Notes: generated by a model from the letters alone, not told the origin. A DNA stretch of 64,000 nt from Gemmatimonadales bacterium (GCA_965249575.1 OZ252244.1:416001-480000), one strand, 5' to 3'. Positions 33,867 through 44,289 are shown, numbered from the stretch's first letter. Program-made: numbers and translations.

Positions 33867-34304
33867 CTGCCGCGACACACACATGAAGATTCGAGCATCG
33901 TCGGCGACCTGCTCGTCGCAGCCCTCAGTTTTGCGGGCGGGCTGTTCGGCGGGATCGTGGCCGGGAGTCTACTCGGGCGGGTCAACTCGGACAGCCTGCG
34001 GCACGCGGTTCGCTCCCTCCGGCGCGAGGAGCGCCGCACACCCATCGATCCCGAACGGCTCGCCGACGAGGTCAATGAGGCACTCCTCGCGAACCCCGCG
34101 ACCGAGTCGCTGGACGTCTCCGTCAGGGCCGTGGACGACGATCTGCTCGAGCTCACGGGCATCGCCCCCGACGATGACGCGCGCCGGATTGCTGGCGCCG
34201 TCGCGGCCGAGGCAGCGGGCGGCGCCGTTGTGGTCAATCGCATCCTCGTCGAGGGGAGCGACGTCACCCGCCAGAAATCGGGGCCGGCTTCGGGCACGTC
34301 CTGA
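33867..34304 (+). CDS. BON-domain membrane protein (probable CTG start)
   Basis: GGAGGA RBS directly before an in-frame CTG; TM segment; L..L.VSV....LELTG...VVVNRILV BON pattern. Confidence 0.7.
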   Translation: MPRHTHEDSSIVGDLLVAALSFAGGLFGGIVAGSLLGRVNSDSLRHAVRSLRREERRTPIDPERLADEVNEALLANPATESLDVSVRAVDDDLLELTGIAPDDDARRIAGAVAAEAAGGAVVVNRILVEGSDVTRQKSGPASGTS

Positions 34305-34333
34305 TTCCGGGGCCGACTCGAGAACCTGAGCAC

Positions 34334-37012
34334 ATGACCCGGGCCGCCCTCGCTCCCCAATACGATCCGTCCACGACGGAGGCGCCGGCGTACGCACGGT
34401 GGCAGGAGGCCGGCGTCTTCACCGCGAGGGCCGGGACCGAGCGCGAGCCCTACGTCATCGTGATCCCGCCGCCCAACGTCACAGCCATGCTCCACATGGG
34501 ACACGGGCTGAACAACACGTTGCAGGACGTGCTGATTCGGTTCGAGCGAATGCGGGGCCGTGAAGCCCTTTACTTGCCGGGCACTGACCACGCCGGCATC
34601 GCGACACAGAACGTCGTGGAGCGCCTGCTCGCTCAGGAAGGCAAGACGCGGCAGGATGTCGGCCGGGACGCGTTCGTCGAACGCGTATGGTCCCACGTAC
34701 ATGAGACCGGTGACACGATTCTGGAACAACTCAAGGCCATCGGCTGCTCGTGCGACTGGTCCCGGACGCGTTTCACCCTCGATGACGGATATTCCGCCGC
34801 CGTCCGCCGCGTGTTCGTGACGCTGTTCCAGCAGGGACTCGTGTATCGGGGCCACCGCATCATTCACTGGTGTCCCCGGTGCCTTACCGCTCTCTCCGAC
34901 GAAGAAGCGGAGTCCCGGGAGACCGACGGGACGCTCTACCACATCCGGTACCGCCGGGCCGGTGATGCCACGGACGGGGGCGACGTCATGGTGGCAACCA
35001 CCCGGCCCGAGACGATGTTCGGCGATATCGCCGTCGTCTATCACCCCGACGACGCCCGCTTCGAAGGCCTGCGGGGCCGGTCGGTAGAAATCCCCCTGTC
35101 GCGGCGAGTGATCCCGGTCGGCACCCATCCCTCGGTCGAACGGGAGTTCGGGACCGGCCTCCTCAAAGTCACTCCGGCTCACGACGCAAGCGATTTCGAG
35201 ATCGCTGCCGACCTGCCGGGCGACAAAAAGCCCGTCATCATGACCGAGAACGGCAAGATGGCGGATGTGGAGCGCGTGCCTGCCGATCTCCGCGGCATGG
35301 ATCGGTTCGATGCGCGCGCGCGCATCGTCGAACAGCTGAGCCAAGCCGGTCAGCTGGCCAAGAAGGAATCGCATCGCTACTCGCCCCGACATTGTTACCG
35401 TTGCGGCACCGTCGTCGAGCCGCGGCTGTCCGATCAATGGTTCGTGAAAATGCGGCCGCTCGCCGATCGGGCACTCGACGAATACCGGGCGGGACGGCTC
35501 CGGATCCTCCCCGAACGATGGGGCTCCGTCTACGAAAACTGGCTGGCCGGCATCCGGGACTGGTGCATTTCCCGGCAGCTGTGGTGGGGGCACCGGATTC
35601 CCGCATGGTATTGCGAGGGCGGATGCGGGCACGTCACCGTCGCCGAAGCCGATCCAGCTGCCTGCGAGGAGTGCGGCGGAACGGTGCGTCAGGACCCGGA
35701 CGTGCTGGACACGTGGTTCTCGTCGGCTCTCTGGCCGTTCGCGACGCTCGGCTGGCCGGAGGAGACCTCCGACCTGAAGCGGTTCTACCCCGGGCACACG
35801 CTGGTGACCGGCCCCGATATCATCTTCTTCTGGGTCGCGCGCATGGTGATGATGGGATACCACTATCTCGGCGAGCGGCCGTACCAAACGGTTGTGTTGA
35901 ACGGCATTGTCCGGGACACGCAACACCGGAAGATGTCCAAGTCGGCTGGCAACGGCATCGATCCACTGGAGGTGGTCAAGCGATTCGGCGCCGACGCCCT
36001 GCGGTACACGGTGGTGGCGGCGGCGCCGGTGGGTACGGACGTCGTTCTCGATCCGGACGACCTCGAGACCAGCTTCGCACCCGGCCGGAATTTCGCGAAC
36101 AAGCTGTGGAACGCCGGCCGGTTCGTGCTCGCGAACTTCGACGGGGAGCCAACGCCGGTCGAGAGCCTCGATGCGGCGCAGTTCGAGCTTGCGGACCGGT
36201 GGATCCTGTCGCGCACACAGCGGGCCGTAGCCGCGGCTACGGAGGCGTTCGAGCGGTTTCGGCTGAGCGACGCCGCCAACGAGATCTATCACTTCGTATG
36301 GAACGAGCTGGCCGATTGGTACATCGAGCAGGTGAAACCACGCCTTTACGGAAGCGCGCCCGGCGACGACGTCGCGCGTGGTATTCTCGCTTACGTGCTC
36401 GATACCGGCCTCCGCATGCTGCACCCCGTGGTGCCCTTCGTGACTGAAGAGCTCTGGAGCCACCTGCCCGGCGAGCGGGAGCCGCTGCTGGCCCGTGCGG
36501 CCTGGCCACGACCCATCGACCGGCTGATCGACGAAGAGGCCGAAGACCGGTTCGCGAGAGTCCAGGCGCTGGTAACCGCCGTGCGGGCTATCCGTTCCGA
36601 GTATGGCGTACAGCCGGCGCAGCTCGTCCGCGCCATGGTACAGCCGGCGAGCGTCGACGCATCGGAGTCGTTCAACGCGGAGGAGCGCACCATCCAGCGG
36701 CTGGCGAAGGTGAGCCAGTTGTCCCGCAACGGCGACACGGAGGGCGTTGGCGCTCACGCGGTCCTCCCGGACGGTTCCGCGGTCTTCGTACCGCTCGGGG
36801 ACGCCATCGACCTCGTGAAGGAGTGCGACCGGCTGGGCGCCGAGCTCGGCCGGCTCGACCGGCAGCTGGCCGGTGTCGAGGCTACCCTCAACAATCCCAA
36901 GTTCATCGCCCGCGCCCCGGCCGAAGTCGTCGAACGCGAGCGGGCAAAGGAACGGTCGTGGCGCGATCAACGCACTACTCTCGCCGAAAAACTGCGCATC
37001 TTGGGCTGCTAG
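34334..37012 (+). CDS. valS: Valine--tRNA ligase
   Basis: PPPNVT..LHMGH, DWCISRQLWWGH, KMSKS, C-terminal coiled coil. Confidence 0.98.
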   Translation: MTRAALAPQYDPSTTEAPAYARWQEAGVFTARAGTEREPYVIVIPPPNVTAMLHMGHGLNNTLQDVLIRFERMRGREALYLPGTDHAGIATQNVVERLLAQEGKTRQDVGRDAFVERVWSHVHETGDTILEQLKAIGCSCDWSRTRFTLDDGYSAAVRRVFVTLFQQGLVYRGHRIIHWCPRCLTALSDEEAESRETDGTLYHIRYRRAGDATDGGDVMVATTRPETMFGDIAVVYHPDDARFEGLRGRSVEIPLSRRVIPVGTHPSVEREFGTGLLKVTPAHDASDFEIAADLPGDKKPVIMTENGKMADVERVPADLRGMDRFDARARIVEQLSQAGQLAKKESHRYSPRHCYRCGTVVEPRLSDQWFVKMRPLADRALDEYRAGRLRILPERWGSVYENWLAGIRDWCISRQLWWGHRIPAWYCEGGCGHVTVAEADPAACEECGGTVRQDPDVLDTWFSSALWPFATLGWPEETSDLKRFYPGHTLVTGPDIIFFWVARMVMMGYHYLGERPYQTVVLNGIVRDTQHRKMSKSAGNGIDPLEVVKRFGADALRYTVVAAAPVGTDVVLDPDDLETSFAPGRNFANKLWNAGRFVLANFDGEPTPVESLDAAQFELADRWILSRTQRAVAAATEAFERFRLSDAANEIYHFVWNELADWYIEQVKPRLYGSAPGDDVARGILAYVLDTGLRMLHPVVPFVTEELWSHLPGEREPLLARAAWPRPIDRLIDEEAEDRFARVQALVTAVRAIRSEYGVQPAQLVRAMVQPASVDASESFNAEERTIQRLAKVSQLSRNGDTEGVGAHAVLPDGSAVFVPLGDAIDLVKECDRLGAELGRLDRQLAGVEATLNNPKFIARAPAEVVERERAKERSWRDQRTTLAEKLRILGC

Positions 37013-38253
37013 GGTTGGCCGTTGGGGCGTGCGCAACCGTGCAGCCCCCTCCAGGCGGCCCCCCGGACTACTGGCCCCCGGTTCTGCTGTTGACCGAGCC
37101 CGATTCGGGGACCGTGGTCGTAGGCTGGACCGACCACGTCGTGTTCCGATTCGACGAGGTAGTCACTGAGCCGAGAACGACCGAGGTCGAAAAACTGGTA
37201 ATCGTGTCGCCGCGTCATGAGGAGATCGAGTTCAGCTGGAGACGCTCCGCGCTGGCGTTCAAGCCCAAGGACGGGTGGCGGCCGGGCGCCGTCTACACCG
37301 TTGCGCTGCTGCCGGGCGTCTCTGACCTCCGCAACAACCGGCTGACGACCGGATATACCACCGTTTTTTCCACCGGAGCGCCAATTCTCGACACGCGAAT
37401 TCGGGGAACCGTCATCGACTGGGAGGCGGGGCGGCCCCTGCGCCGCCCGCTGGTTGAAGCACTCCACCTGTCGGATTCGCTGGTGTATGTCTCGAGCGGT
37501 GACTCCGCCGGCGGCTTCGAGATCCCGTATGCCCCGCCCGGCGCCTACGCCCTGTACGCCACGGCTGACCAGAACACCAACAGCCGCCGCGATCGCCGTG
37601 AGGCGTTCGACTCGGTACTGATCAGCCTCGACTCGACCACTAGCGCCACGTTGTGGACTTTTACGCACGACACGGTCGGTCCTCGACTCAGGAACAGCAC
37701 CAGCATCGATAGCATGACGATTCGGCTCGAGTTCAATCAGATCGTCGCACCCACCGGCCCGCTCTCGAGAGACGTCAGGGTTCGCCAGCTTCCGGATTCC
37801 GTCCCACTCGTCGTTTCGGCGGTCTGGCAGCAACCCACCTACGATTCCGTCAAGACCGAGCGGCAGACGCAGGCAGACTCCCTCGCGGCCGCTGCCGCCG
37901 ACTCGGCCGCCGCCGATTCACTGGCGGCCGATTCGCTAGCGGTCGCGCCTGACACTGTGGCGGCGGCCGATTCCGCGGAAACGCCGGCGCAACGTCGCCC
38001 CGAAGGGCGGGGCGGCCGGAGGCCGGGAGACGCCGCCGCGATACCGGGCGTGGGTGGTCCAGCCATCGATAGCGCGACCGCCCAGCTGATCGCCGAACGG
38101 CCACCGCTCAGCGCGATCGTCATCGTCGAGGTCGCCGAGCCATTGGAGGCGGGCGCACGATACGTGATCGACGCGAGCGTCGAGAATCTCACCGGCGCGC
38201 GGGACGAATCGCAGTCGGTTCTCGTCATGCCGGAGGCGACCGAGACACCGTGA
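36958..38253 (+). CDS. Ig-like (Big_5) domain lipoprotein with an Asp-Ser-Ala-rich linker
   Basis: Lipobox AVGAC, PPGGPPD..PP, DLRNN....FSTG; AAAGGA RBS before a GTG inside the valS 3' end. Confidence 0.8.
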   Translation: MARSTHYSRRKTAHLGLLGLAVGACATVQPPPGGPPDYWPPVLLLTEPDSGTVVVGWTDHVVFRFDEVVTEPRTTEVEKLVIVSPRHEEIEFSWRRSALAFKPKDGWRPGAVYTVALLPGVSDLRNNRLTTGYTTVFSTGAPILDTRIRGTVIDWEAGRPLRRPLVEALHLSDSLVYVSSGDSAGGFEIPYAPPGAYALYATADQNTNSRRDRREAFDSVLISLDSTTSATLWTFTHDTVGPRLRNSTSIDSMTIRLEFNQIVAPTGPLSRDVRVRQLPDSVPLVVSAVWQQPTYDSVKTERQTQADSLAAAAADSAAADSLAADSLAVAPDTVAAADSAETPAQRRPEGRGGRRPGDAAAIPGVGGPAIDSATAQLIAERPPLSAIVIVEVAEPLEAGARYVIDASVENLTGARDESQSVLVMPEATETP

Positions 38254-39587
38254 CCGACTCGCGCCGGGCCCTCCCCGCCGTCAACGCCCTGCTCGCGGAC
38301 GCCGAGCGCGCCGGACTCCTCACCAACACCCCACGAACGGTTTTGGTTCACGCAATCCGGCGGACCCTGGCACACTCCCGCCGCCAAGGCGGCGAGCCAC
38401 CCCCCGGCGGTTGGCTCCCGGCGGTGGCGGAGCGGGTCGCCACCGCCCGCCGTCCCTCGCTCATCCGAGTGATCAATGCCACCGGCGTCATCCTGCATAC
38501 CAATCTGGGACGGGCTCCGCTCCCCGAGGTGGCTCGACACGCTCTCGCCGAGGCAGCCGGGTACAGCTCACTGGAATACGACGTCGACGGCGGCACGCGC
38601 GGATCGCGGCAAGATCACCTCCGCTCCCTTTTGTGCGACCTCACCGGCGCGGAGGACGCGTTCGTCGCGACGAACGCGGCGGCGGCGCTGTTGCTCGCCC
38701 TCAACACCCTGTCGGAGGGCGGCGAAACGTTGGTCTCTCGGGGGGAGCTGCTCGAAATCGGTGGTGGGTTCCGGATACCGGAGATCCTGCGAAAGAGCGG
38801 AGCCACGCTCGTCGAGGTCGGTACCACCAACCGAACGCACCCAGGCGACTACGAGCGGGGCGCCACCCAGGCGACCCGGTGCGCCCTCAAGGTGCATCGC
38901 TCGAATTTCCGCATGAGCGGCTACGTGAGCGAGGTGAGTGTCACCGAGCTGGTGGGTTTGATGGCCGACCGGGAAGTCCCCGTCGTACACGACGCCGGTA
39001 GCGGGCTCTTGATCGACCTCGAGCCCTACGGACTCCGAGGCGAGCCGCTCGTCCAGCAGGGCGTGGCGGGAGGGGCGACCGTCGTGTTCTCGGGGGACAA
39101 ACTGGTGGGAGGCCCCCAGTCCGGAATCGTCGTCGGGCCCAGTACCGTGGTCTCGCGAGTCAAGCGAAACCCGCTGGCGCGGGCGCTTCGCCCCGACAAG
39201 TCGATCATCGCAGCACTCGAGGCGACGCTCGCTCTGTATCGTGATCGGGAGACGGCGTTGGCCGACGTCCCGACGCTGGCCATGCTCGTCGCGCGGCCGG
39301 CGGATCTCAAGCGGCGGGCGCGCCGTCTCGCCCGCCGCATTCCCTCGGCATCCGTCGAACCAGGCACGTCGTCGGTCGGCGGCGGGTCCTTCCCGGATGC
39401 GGACCTGCCGACTTCCCTCGTCACGATCGCCACCCGCTCATGCGACGACTTCCTCACCGCGCTGCGCCGGCACTCGCCCCCCATCATCGCGCGGGCTCGC
39501 GAGGGACGCGTCGCTCTGGACGTGCGCACCTTGGGGGACGAGCACTTCAAATCCGTGGCCGCCGCGGTCGCGGCGGCGCGAGGCTAG
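38250..39587 (+). CDS. selA: L-seryl-tRNA(Sec) selenium transferase
   Basis: VINATGVILHTNLGRAPL, SRGELLEIGGGFRIP, EVGTTNRTH, FSGDKLVGGPQ. Confidence 0.95.
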   Translation: MTDSRRALPAVNALLADAERAGLLTNTPRTVLVHAIRRTLAHSRRQGGEPPPGGWLPAVAERVATARRPSLIRVINATGVILHTNLGRAPLPEVARHALAEAAGYSSLEYDVDGGTRGSRQDHLRSLLCDLTGAEDAFVATNAAAALLLALNTLSEGGETLVSRGELLEIGGGFRIPEILRKSGATLVEVGTTNRTHPGDYERGATQATRCALKVHRSNFRMSGYVSEVSVTELVGLMADREVPVVHDAGSGLLIDLEPYGLRGEPLVQQGVAGGATVVFSGDKLVGGPQSGIVVGPSTVVSRVKRNPLARALRPDKSIIAALEATLALYRDRETALADVPTLAMLVARPADLKRRARRLARRIPSASVEPGTSSVGGGSFPDADLPTSLVTIATRSCDDFLTALRRHSPPIIARAREGRVALDVRTLGDEHFKSVAAAVAAARG

Positions 39588-39594
39588 AACGGTA

Positions 39595-40242
39595 ATGCGT
39601 GTTGCGGTGCTCGCCTCCGGCAGCGGATCGAACCTGCAGGCCCTGATGGATGCCTGCCAGCGGGGCACCAGCGCCCGAGTCGTTCTCGTTGCGAGCGACA
39701 GAGCGGCGTGCGGCGCACTCGAAAAGGCCGCCGCCGCCCAGGTGACCACTCACGTCATCACGAACCCCGCGGATGCCCACGCGCTCACCGCGGTTCTCCA
39801 GCGGCACGAAATCGATCTCGTGGTGCTCGCCGGGTACCTGAAACTGGTGCCGGGGAAAACAGTCGACACGTTCCCGCAGCACATGATTAACATTCACCCC
39901 GCGCTGCTGCCGGCGTTCGGCGGGCCCGGGATGTACGGACTCAAAGTGCATCGCGCCGTCCTGGCCTCGGGTACGCGGGTGACGGGAGCCACGGTTCATT
40001 TGGTCACAACGGAGTACGACCGGGGCCAGATTGTGGCGCAGTGGCCCGTGCCCGTACTGCCTGGCGACACGCCAGACGTTTTGGCAGCGCGGGTCCTGGT
40101 CGTCGAGCACCAATTGTTGCCGGCCGTGGTCAAAGCAGCTGCCGCCGCGGGGCGGGTGGTACCGCTCGCACCCAGCGGGCCGGGTTACGCTCCGGGCGAC
40201 CCGACCGGCTTAGCCGCTGGGCTCGAGCCACACGATCACTGA
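39595..40242 (+). CDS. purN: Phosphoribosylglycinamide formyltransferase
   Basis: SGSGSNLQAL, INIHPALLP, GATVHLV..EYDRG. Confidence 0.96.
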   Translation: MRVAVLASGSGSNLQALMDACQRGTSARVVLVASDRAACGALEKAAAAQVTTHVITNPADAHALTAVLQRHEIDLVVLAGYLKLVPGKTVDTFPQHMINIHPALLPAFGGPGMYGLKVHRAVLASGTRVTGATVHLVTTEYDRGQIVAQWPVPVLPGDTPDVLAARVLVVEHQLLPAVVKAAAAAGRVVPLAPSGPGYAPGDPTGLAAGLEPHDH

Positions 40243-40279
40243 GATACAGAAACCAGCAACCACAGGTAGGGAATACACC

Positions 40280-41809
40280 GTGCCGCGTGCGCTCATCTCG
40301 GTTTCCGATAAGCAGGGGATCGCGGAGTTCGCCAGGGGACTCGAAGCCCTGGGCTGGGAAATCATCTCGACTGGAGGCACCGCCCGCGCCCTGTCGGGAG
40401 CCGGAGTCTCGGTGATCGGAATCGAAGACGTCACCGGGTTTCCCGAGATCCTGGACGGACGCCTCAAGACGCTGCACCCCGCCGTGCACGGTGGGCTCCT
40501 GGCTCGAAGGGATCTGCCCGCGCACATGGAGGCGTTGCGCGACCACGGCATTCAGCCGATCGACCTCGTGGCGGTCAACCTCTACCCGTTTCGGAAAACC
40601 GTGTCGCGCGGTGACGTCACCCTGGCCGAGGCCATCGAGCAGATCGACATCGGAGGACCCACAATGCTTCGATCGGCCGCGAAGAACCACGCCGCCGTCC
40701 TCGTCGTGGTCGACCCGGGGGACTATGGGCGCGTACTCCAGGCTCTCGAGGGAGACGACGTGTCCGACGAGCTCCGGCTCGAGCTGGCGGCGAAGGTTTT
40801 CGCGCACACGGCCTCGTACGACGGGGGAATCGCCACGTTTTTGAGCCGAGACGTCGATGCCCTGCCACGTTTCCTGGGCTTCACTTTGGACCGGCTCCAA
40901 TCGCTCCGCTACGGCGAAAACCCCGAGCAGCGGGCCGGGTTGTATGCCACCGAAGAAGTGGACGGTGTACGCGCGCTTGAGCAGCACGGAGGAAAGGACC
41001 TATCGTTCAACAACCTGCTGGATATCGAGGGGGCACAGCTGGCCGTTGCGCCCTGGCCGGCTCGGCCGGCCTGCGCCGTGATCAAACACACGACCCCCTG
41101 TGGAATAGCCCTCGGCGCGAGTCCGTCGGAGGCGTATCGCAGGGCGCTCGCGACCGATCCCACGTCCGCTTTCGGTTCGGTGGTGGCGTTCAGCACGGGC
41201 GTCGACGCGAAGACCGCCGAGGCCATGGCGGACCTGTTCGTCGAAGCGGTGGTCGGCCCCGCGTTCACGCCCGAAGCGATCGAGACGTTCCGGCGCAAGA
41301 AGAACCTCCGCATCGTTCAGCTTCCGCCTTCCCGCGAGGACCGTGCTCTCGACCTCAAGCGGGTGCGGGGAGGATTCCTGGTACAGGAGCGGTTTACCTT
41401 TTCGCCCAACGACGCGGAGTGGCATACCACGAGCCTGCGGGCTCCCACGGAGACCGAGTGGCGAGATCTTCGGTTCGCGTGGGCCGCGGTGGCGAGCGTC
41501 AAATCGAACGCGATTCTCCTGGCTCGGGACGAGGCCGCCATCGGGATCGGCGCGGGACAGATGAGCCGGGTAGACGCATCATTCCTCGCGGTGCACAAGG
41601 CTCGGGAGGCGGGCCACGACACGACCGGCTGCGTGCTGGCTTCCGACGCGTTCTTCCCGTTTCCCGATGGGGTGGAGGCGGCCGCCAAGGCGGGCGTGAC
41701 GGCCATCATCCAGCCGGGCGGCTCGATTCGCGACGACGAAGTGATTGCCGCGGCCAATGCGGCCGGGATCACGATGGTAGTGACCGGCGTGCGGCAATTC
41801 AGACACTAG
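40280..41809 (+). CDS. purH: AICAR transformylase/IMP cyclohydrolase
   Basis: ALISVSDK, KTLHP, IDIGGP, RYGENP, SDAFFPF, IIQPGGS. Confidence 0.98.
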   Translation: MPRALISVSDKQGIAEFARGLEALGWEIISTGGTARALSGAGVSVIGIEDVTGFPEILDGRLKTLHPAVHGGLLARRDLPAHMEALRDHGIQPIDLVAVNLYPFRKTVSRGDVTLAEAIEQIDIGGPTMLRSAAKNHAAVLVVVDPGDYGRVLQALEGDDVSDELRLELAAKVFAHTASYDGGIATFLSRDVDALPRFLGFTLDRLQSLRYGENPEQRAGLYATEEVDGVRALEQHGGKDLSFNNLLDIEGAQLAVAPWPARPACAVIKHTTPCGIALGASPSEAYRRALATDPTSAFGSVVAFSTGVDAKTAEAMADLFVEAVVGPAFTPEAIETFRRKKNLRIVQLPPSREDRALDLKRVRGGFLVQERFTFSPNDAEWHTTSLRAPTETEWRDLRFAWAAVASVKSNAILLARDEAAIGIGAGQMSRVDASFLAVHKAREAGHDTTGCVLASDAFFPFPDGVEAAAKAGVTAIIQPGGSIRDDEVIAAANAAGITMVVTGVRQFRH

Positions 41810-41933
41810 TGGAGCGCAACGGTAGTGATCGCGCCCCGTCCTCGTGGGTTGCAACCGGGGACCTCCGCACCGAATCCTCCGGCGGCCGTGTAGCCTCAAT
41901 CGAAGGCATCCGTGGGTCCTGGGACTATAACGA

Positions 41934-44276
41934 ATGGTGAAACCGGTGACCGTCAGCGCTGAAAACGAGCTCGCCCTCGAGCGCCCGCCCTACGGACTCG
42001 CGGGCCTCGTGGCGCTGTTACTGCTGGTCCTCTACGTCGCGACCATCGGGCCCACGACGCAGTTCTGGGACACGTCCGAATACATCGCCGCCGCGAAGGT
42101 CCTGGGCATACCTCACCCGCCGGGCAACCCGCTGTTCGTACTCCTGGCAAGCGTGTGGGGCATGCTGCCGATCGCGGCAAGCTACGCGCTGCGTATCAAT
42201 CTCCTGGCCGCAACCACCAGCGCGTTGGCGTCTGGCTTCCTGTTTCTCGTGGCCGACCGATTCCTCCGCGACACGATGGCCGCGCCCCAATGGGTTCGCC
42301 GGGCGACGGCGTTCGCGGGTGTCTTCGTCGCCGCCACGTCCTTCACCGTCTGGAACCAGTCGACGGCGAACGAGAAGGTGTACACGGTCAGCCTGCTGTC
42401 GATCGCGCTCGTCCTGTGGATCACCGTGCATTGGGGCGACGACACGCCCGGGCCGCACCGCGACCGCTGGCTCGTGCTCATCGGGTATCTGCTGACGCTC
42501 GGCTCGACGAATCACATGATGGGCGTGCTGGTCACCCCGGCGGTGGGCATCTACGTCCTGGGCACCGATCTCCGCGAGGCGACCAGGCCCTGGGTCCTCG
42601 CCATGGGGTTCGCGTTCGCCCTGGCCGTAACCGGCGCGTGGAGTGCCCTCGTCGATGGGCCCGCGGAGCTCAAGTTCGCCATCCTGGCGGGCGCGGTGGC
42701 ACTCGCCGTGTATACCGCCGTGCGGGACAGCCGGGAATTCGCCCGCCCCATGCTGTATATCGCCATCGGCGCCGTCGCCGTCGGGATATCCCTCAACTAC
42801 ACGTTCCTCCCGATTCGAGCGAACCACTTCCCGCCGATCAACGAGGGGGAGCCCACCAACTGGCAGTCCCTCCTGGCGGTCCTGAATCGGGATCAGTACG
42901 CCAAGCCGCCCCTGTCGATGCGCCAGGCCGACTTCGCATCGCAACTCGCGAATTACTGGCAGTACTTCACCTGGCAATTCGCACGGGACTGGGGCGCGCC
43001 GGTGCGAGCCGTCCTGGCCGCGGTGTTCGCGGGCATCGGGCTGGCCGGCGCCTGGCGCCAGTGGCAGCGGAGCCGACGCGCCGCACTCGCTATGACCGCG
43101 CTCATGGCGACGTTTACCGTGTTCCTGATCTACTACCTCAACTTCAAGAACGGGTTCTCGATCCGCCCCGGCGAAGACCTGATTCGGGAGGTGCGCGAGC
43201 GGGATTACTTCTTCGTCGGATCGTTCCTGCTGTGGGGCATCTGGGTGGCCCTGGGATTCGGGGTGCTCGTCGAGACCACCGCCGACTTCTTCCGGGAGCG
43301 ATTCCCAGAACCGCTCCGGTGGCGCGTCGCGTCGCCAGTGCTCGCCCTGGCGTTGATTCCGCTGTTCGGGAATCGGCTCACGGCGCCGCGTGCCGGCGAA
43401 AGCCTGGCGAGGGATTTCGCCGTTGACCTACTGCAGTCCGTGGAACCCAACGCCATCCTGATCACGGCCGGCGACAACGACGCGTTCCCGCTGTGGTATG
43501 CCCAGGAAGTGGAAGGAGTTCGAAAGGACGTCCTGTTACCCAACCAATCCCTTCTGAACACCAAGTGGCACCTCCGTCAGCTCCAGCGGAGGGCAGCCTT
43601 CCCGTTCGACTCTGCCAACGCCGCCGACCCGTATCGGGGACGCTCGTGGCCGGACCCGCCAACCGATCCTCCGTTCGATCTGACGATGGAAGAGCTCGAT
43701 GCGTTACCGCCGTACTTCCAGATAACGGAACGATCGATTTTTCGGGTGGGCGAAGTCACGGCTGTCCTCGAAGCTGGAGGCCTCGAGCGATCCGACCTCG
43801 CGACACTGCAGCTCATGCGAGACAACCTCGGGAAGCGGCCCATTTACTTCTCCCGGACGACCGCCGCCTACCCAGACCGCCTCGGACTCACGTCTTTCCT
43901 TCTCGGACAGGGGCTGGCCCGCAAGCTCCTCCCCCACCCCATCGAGGAGAGCGACACCACGGCGATGGTGCCGGGATTGGGGTGGGTGGATATCCCGCGG
44001 ACCTCGCAGCTGCTGTTTGACGTGTATCACTACGAGTCCGCGGCGAAGGACCGGCCTCGGGGATGGATCGACATCCCCTCGGAGGGCATTATGGCGCTGT
44101 ATGGCGTGACCTATTTGTCCTTCAGCCAGGCCCCGGGGCTAGGCGGACGCGATCTGACCGGGGGCGGCGACTCCCTCTCAGCCGATCTCGCCGCGCGCGC
44201 GCGGGACATCGGCACGCGAATCCTCAACAACACCAGTTACTCCCGAAACGCCGCGCGCCTCACGACACCCCCCTGA
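41934..44276 (+). CDS. DUF2723 (GT117/TMEM260-like) polytopic membrane glycosyltransferase
   Basis: FWDTSEYI, LGIPHPPGNPLF, EVRERDYFF, GDNDAFPLWYAQEVEG. Confidence 0.85.
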   Translation: MVKPVTVSAENELALERPPYGLAGLVALLLLVLYVATIGPTTQFWDTSEYIAAAKVLGIPHPPGNPLFVLLASVWGMLPIAASYALRINLLAATTSALASGFLFLVADRFLRDTMAAPQWVRRATAFAGVFVAATSFTVWNQSTANEKVYTVSLLSIALVLWITVHWGDDTPGPHRDRWLVLIGYLLTLGSTNHMMGVLVTPAVGIYVLGTDLREATRPWVLAMGFAFALAVTGAWSALVDGPAELKFAILAGAVALAVYTAVRDSREFARPMLYIAIGAVAVGISLNYTFLPIRANHFPPINEGEPTNWQSLLAVLNRDQYAKPPLSMRQADFASQLANYWQYFTWQFARDWGAPVRAVLAAVFAGIGLAGAWRQWQRSRRAALAMTALMATFTVFLIYYLNFKNGFSIRPGEDLIREVRERDYFFVGSFLLWGIWVALGFGVLVETTADFFRERFPEPLRWRVASPVLALALIPLFGNRLTAPRAGESLARDFAVDLLQSVEPNAILITAGDNDAFPLWYAQEVEGVRKDVLLPNQSLLNTKWHLRQLQRRAAFPFDSANAADPYRGRSWPDPPTDPPFDLTMEELDALPPYFQITERSIFRVGEVTAVLEAGGLERSDLATLQLMRDNLGKRPIYFSRTTAAYPDRLGLTSFLLGQGLARKLLPHPIEESDTTAMVPGLGWVDIPRTSQLLFDVYHYESAAKDRPRGWIDIPSEGIMALYGVTYLSFSQAPGLGGRDLTGGGDSLSADLAARARDIGTRILNNTSYSRNAARLTTPP

Positions 44277-44289
44277 ACGAACCGAGGAA

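Noticed and set aside
33422..37036. 1204-aa minus-strand ORF and other long antisense ORFs (e.g. 31759-33219, 18649-20223, 28427-29917)
   Set aside because: Shadow frames of well-supported genes in high-GC DNA; no recognisable motifs
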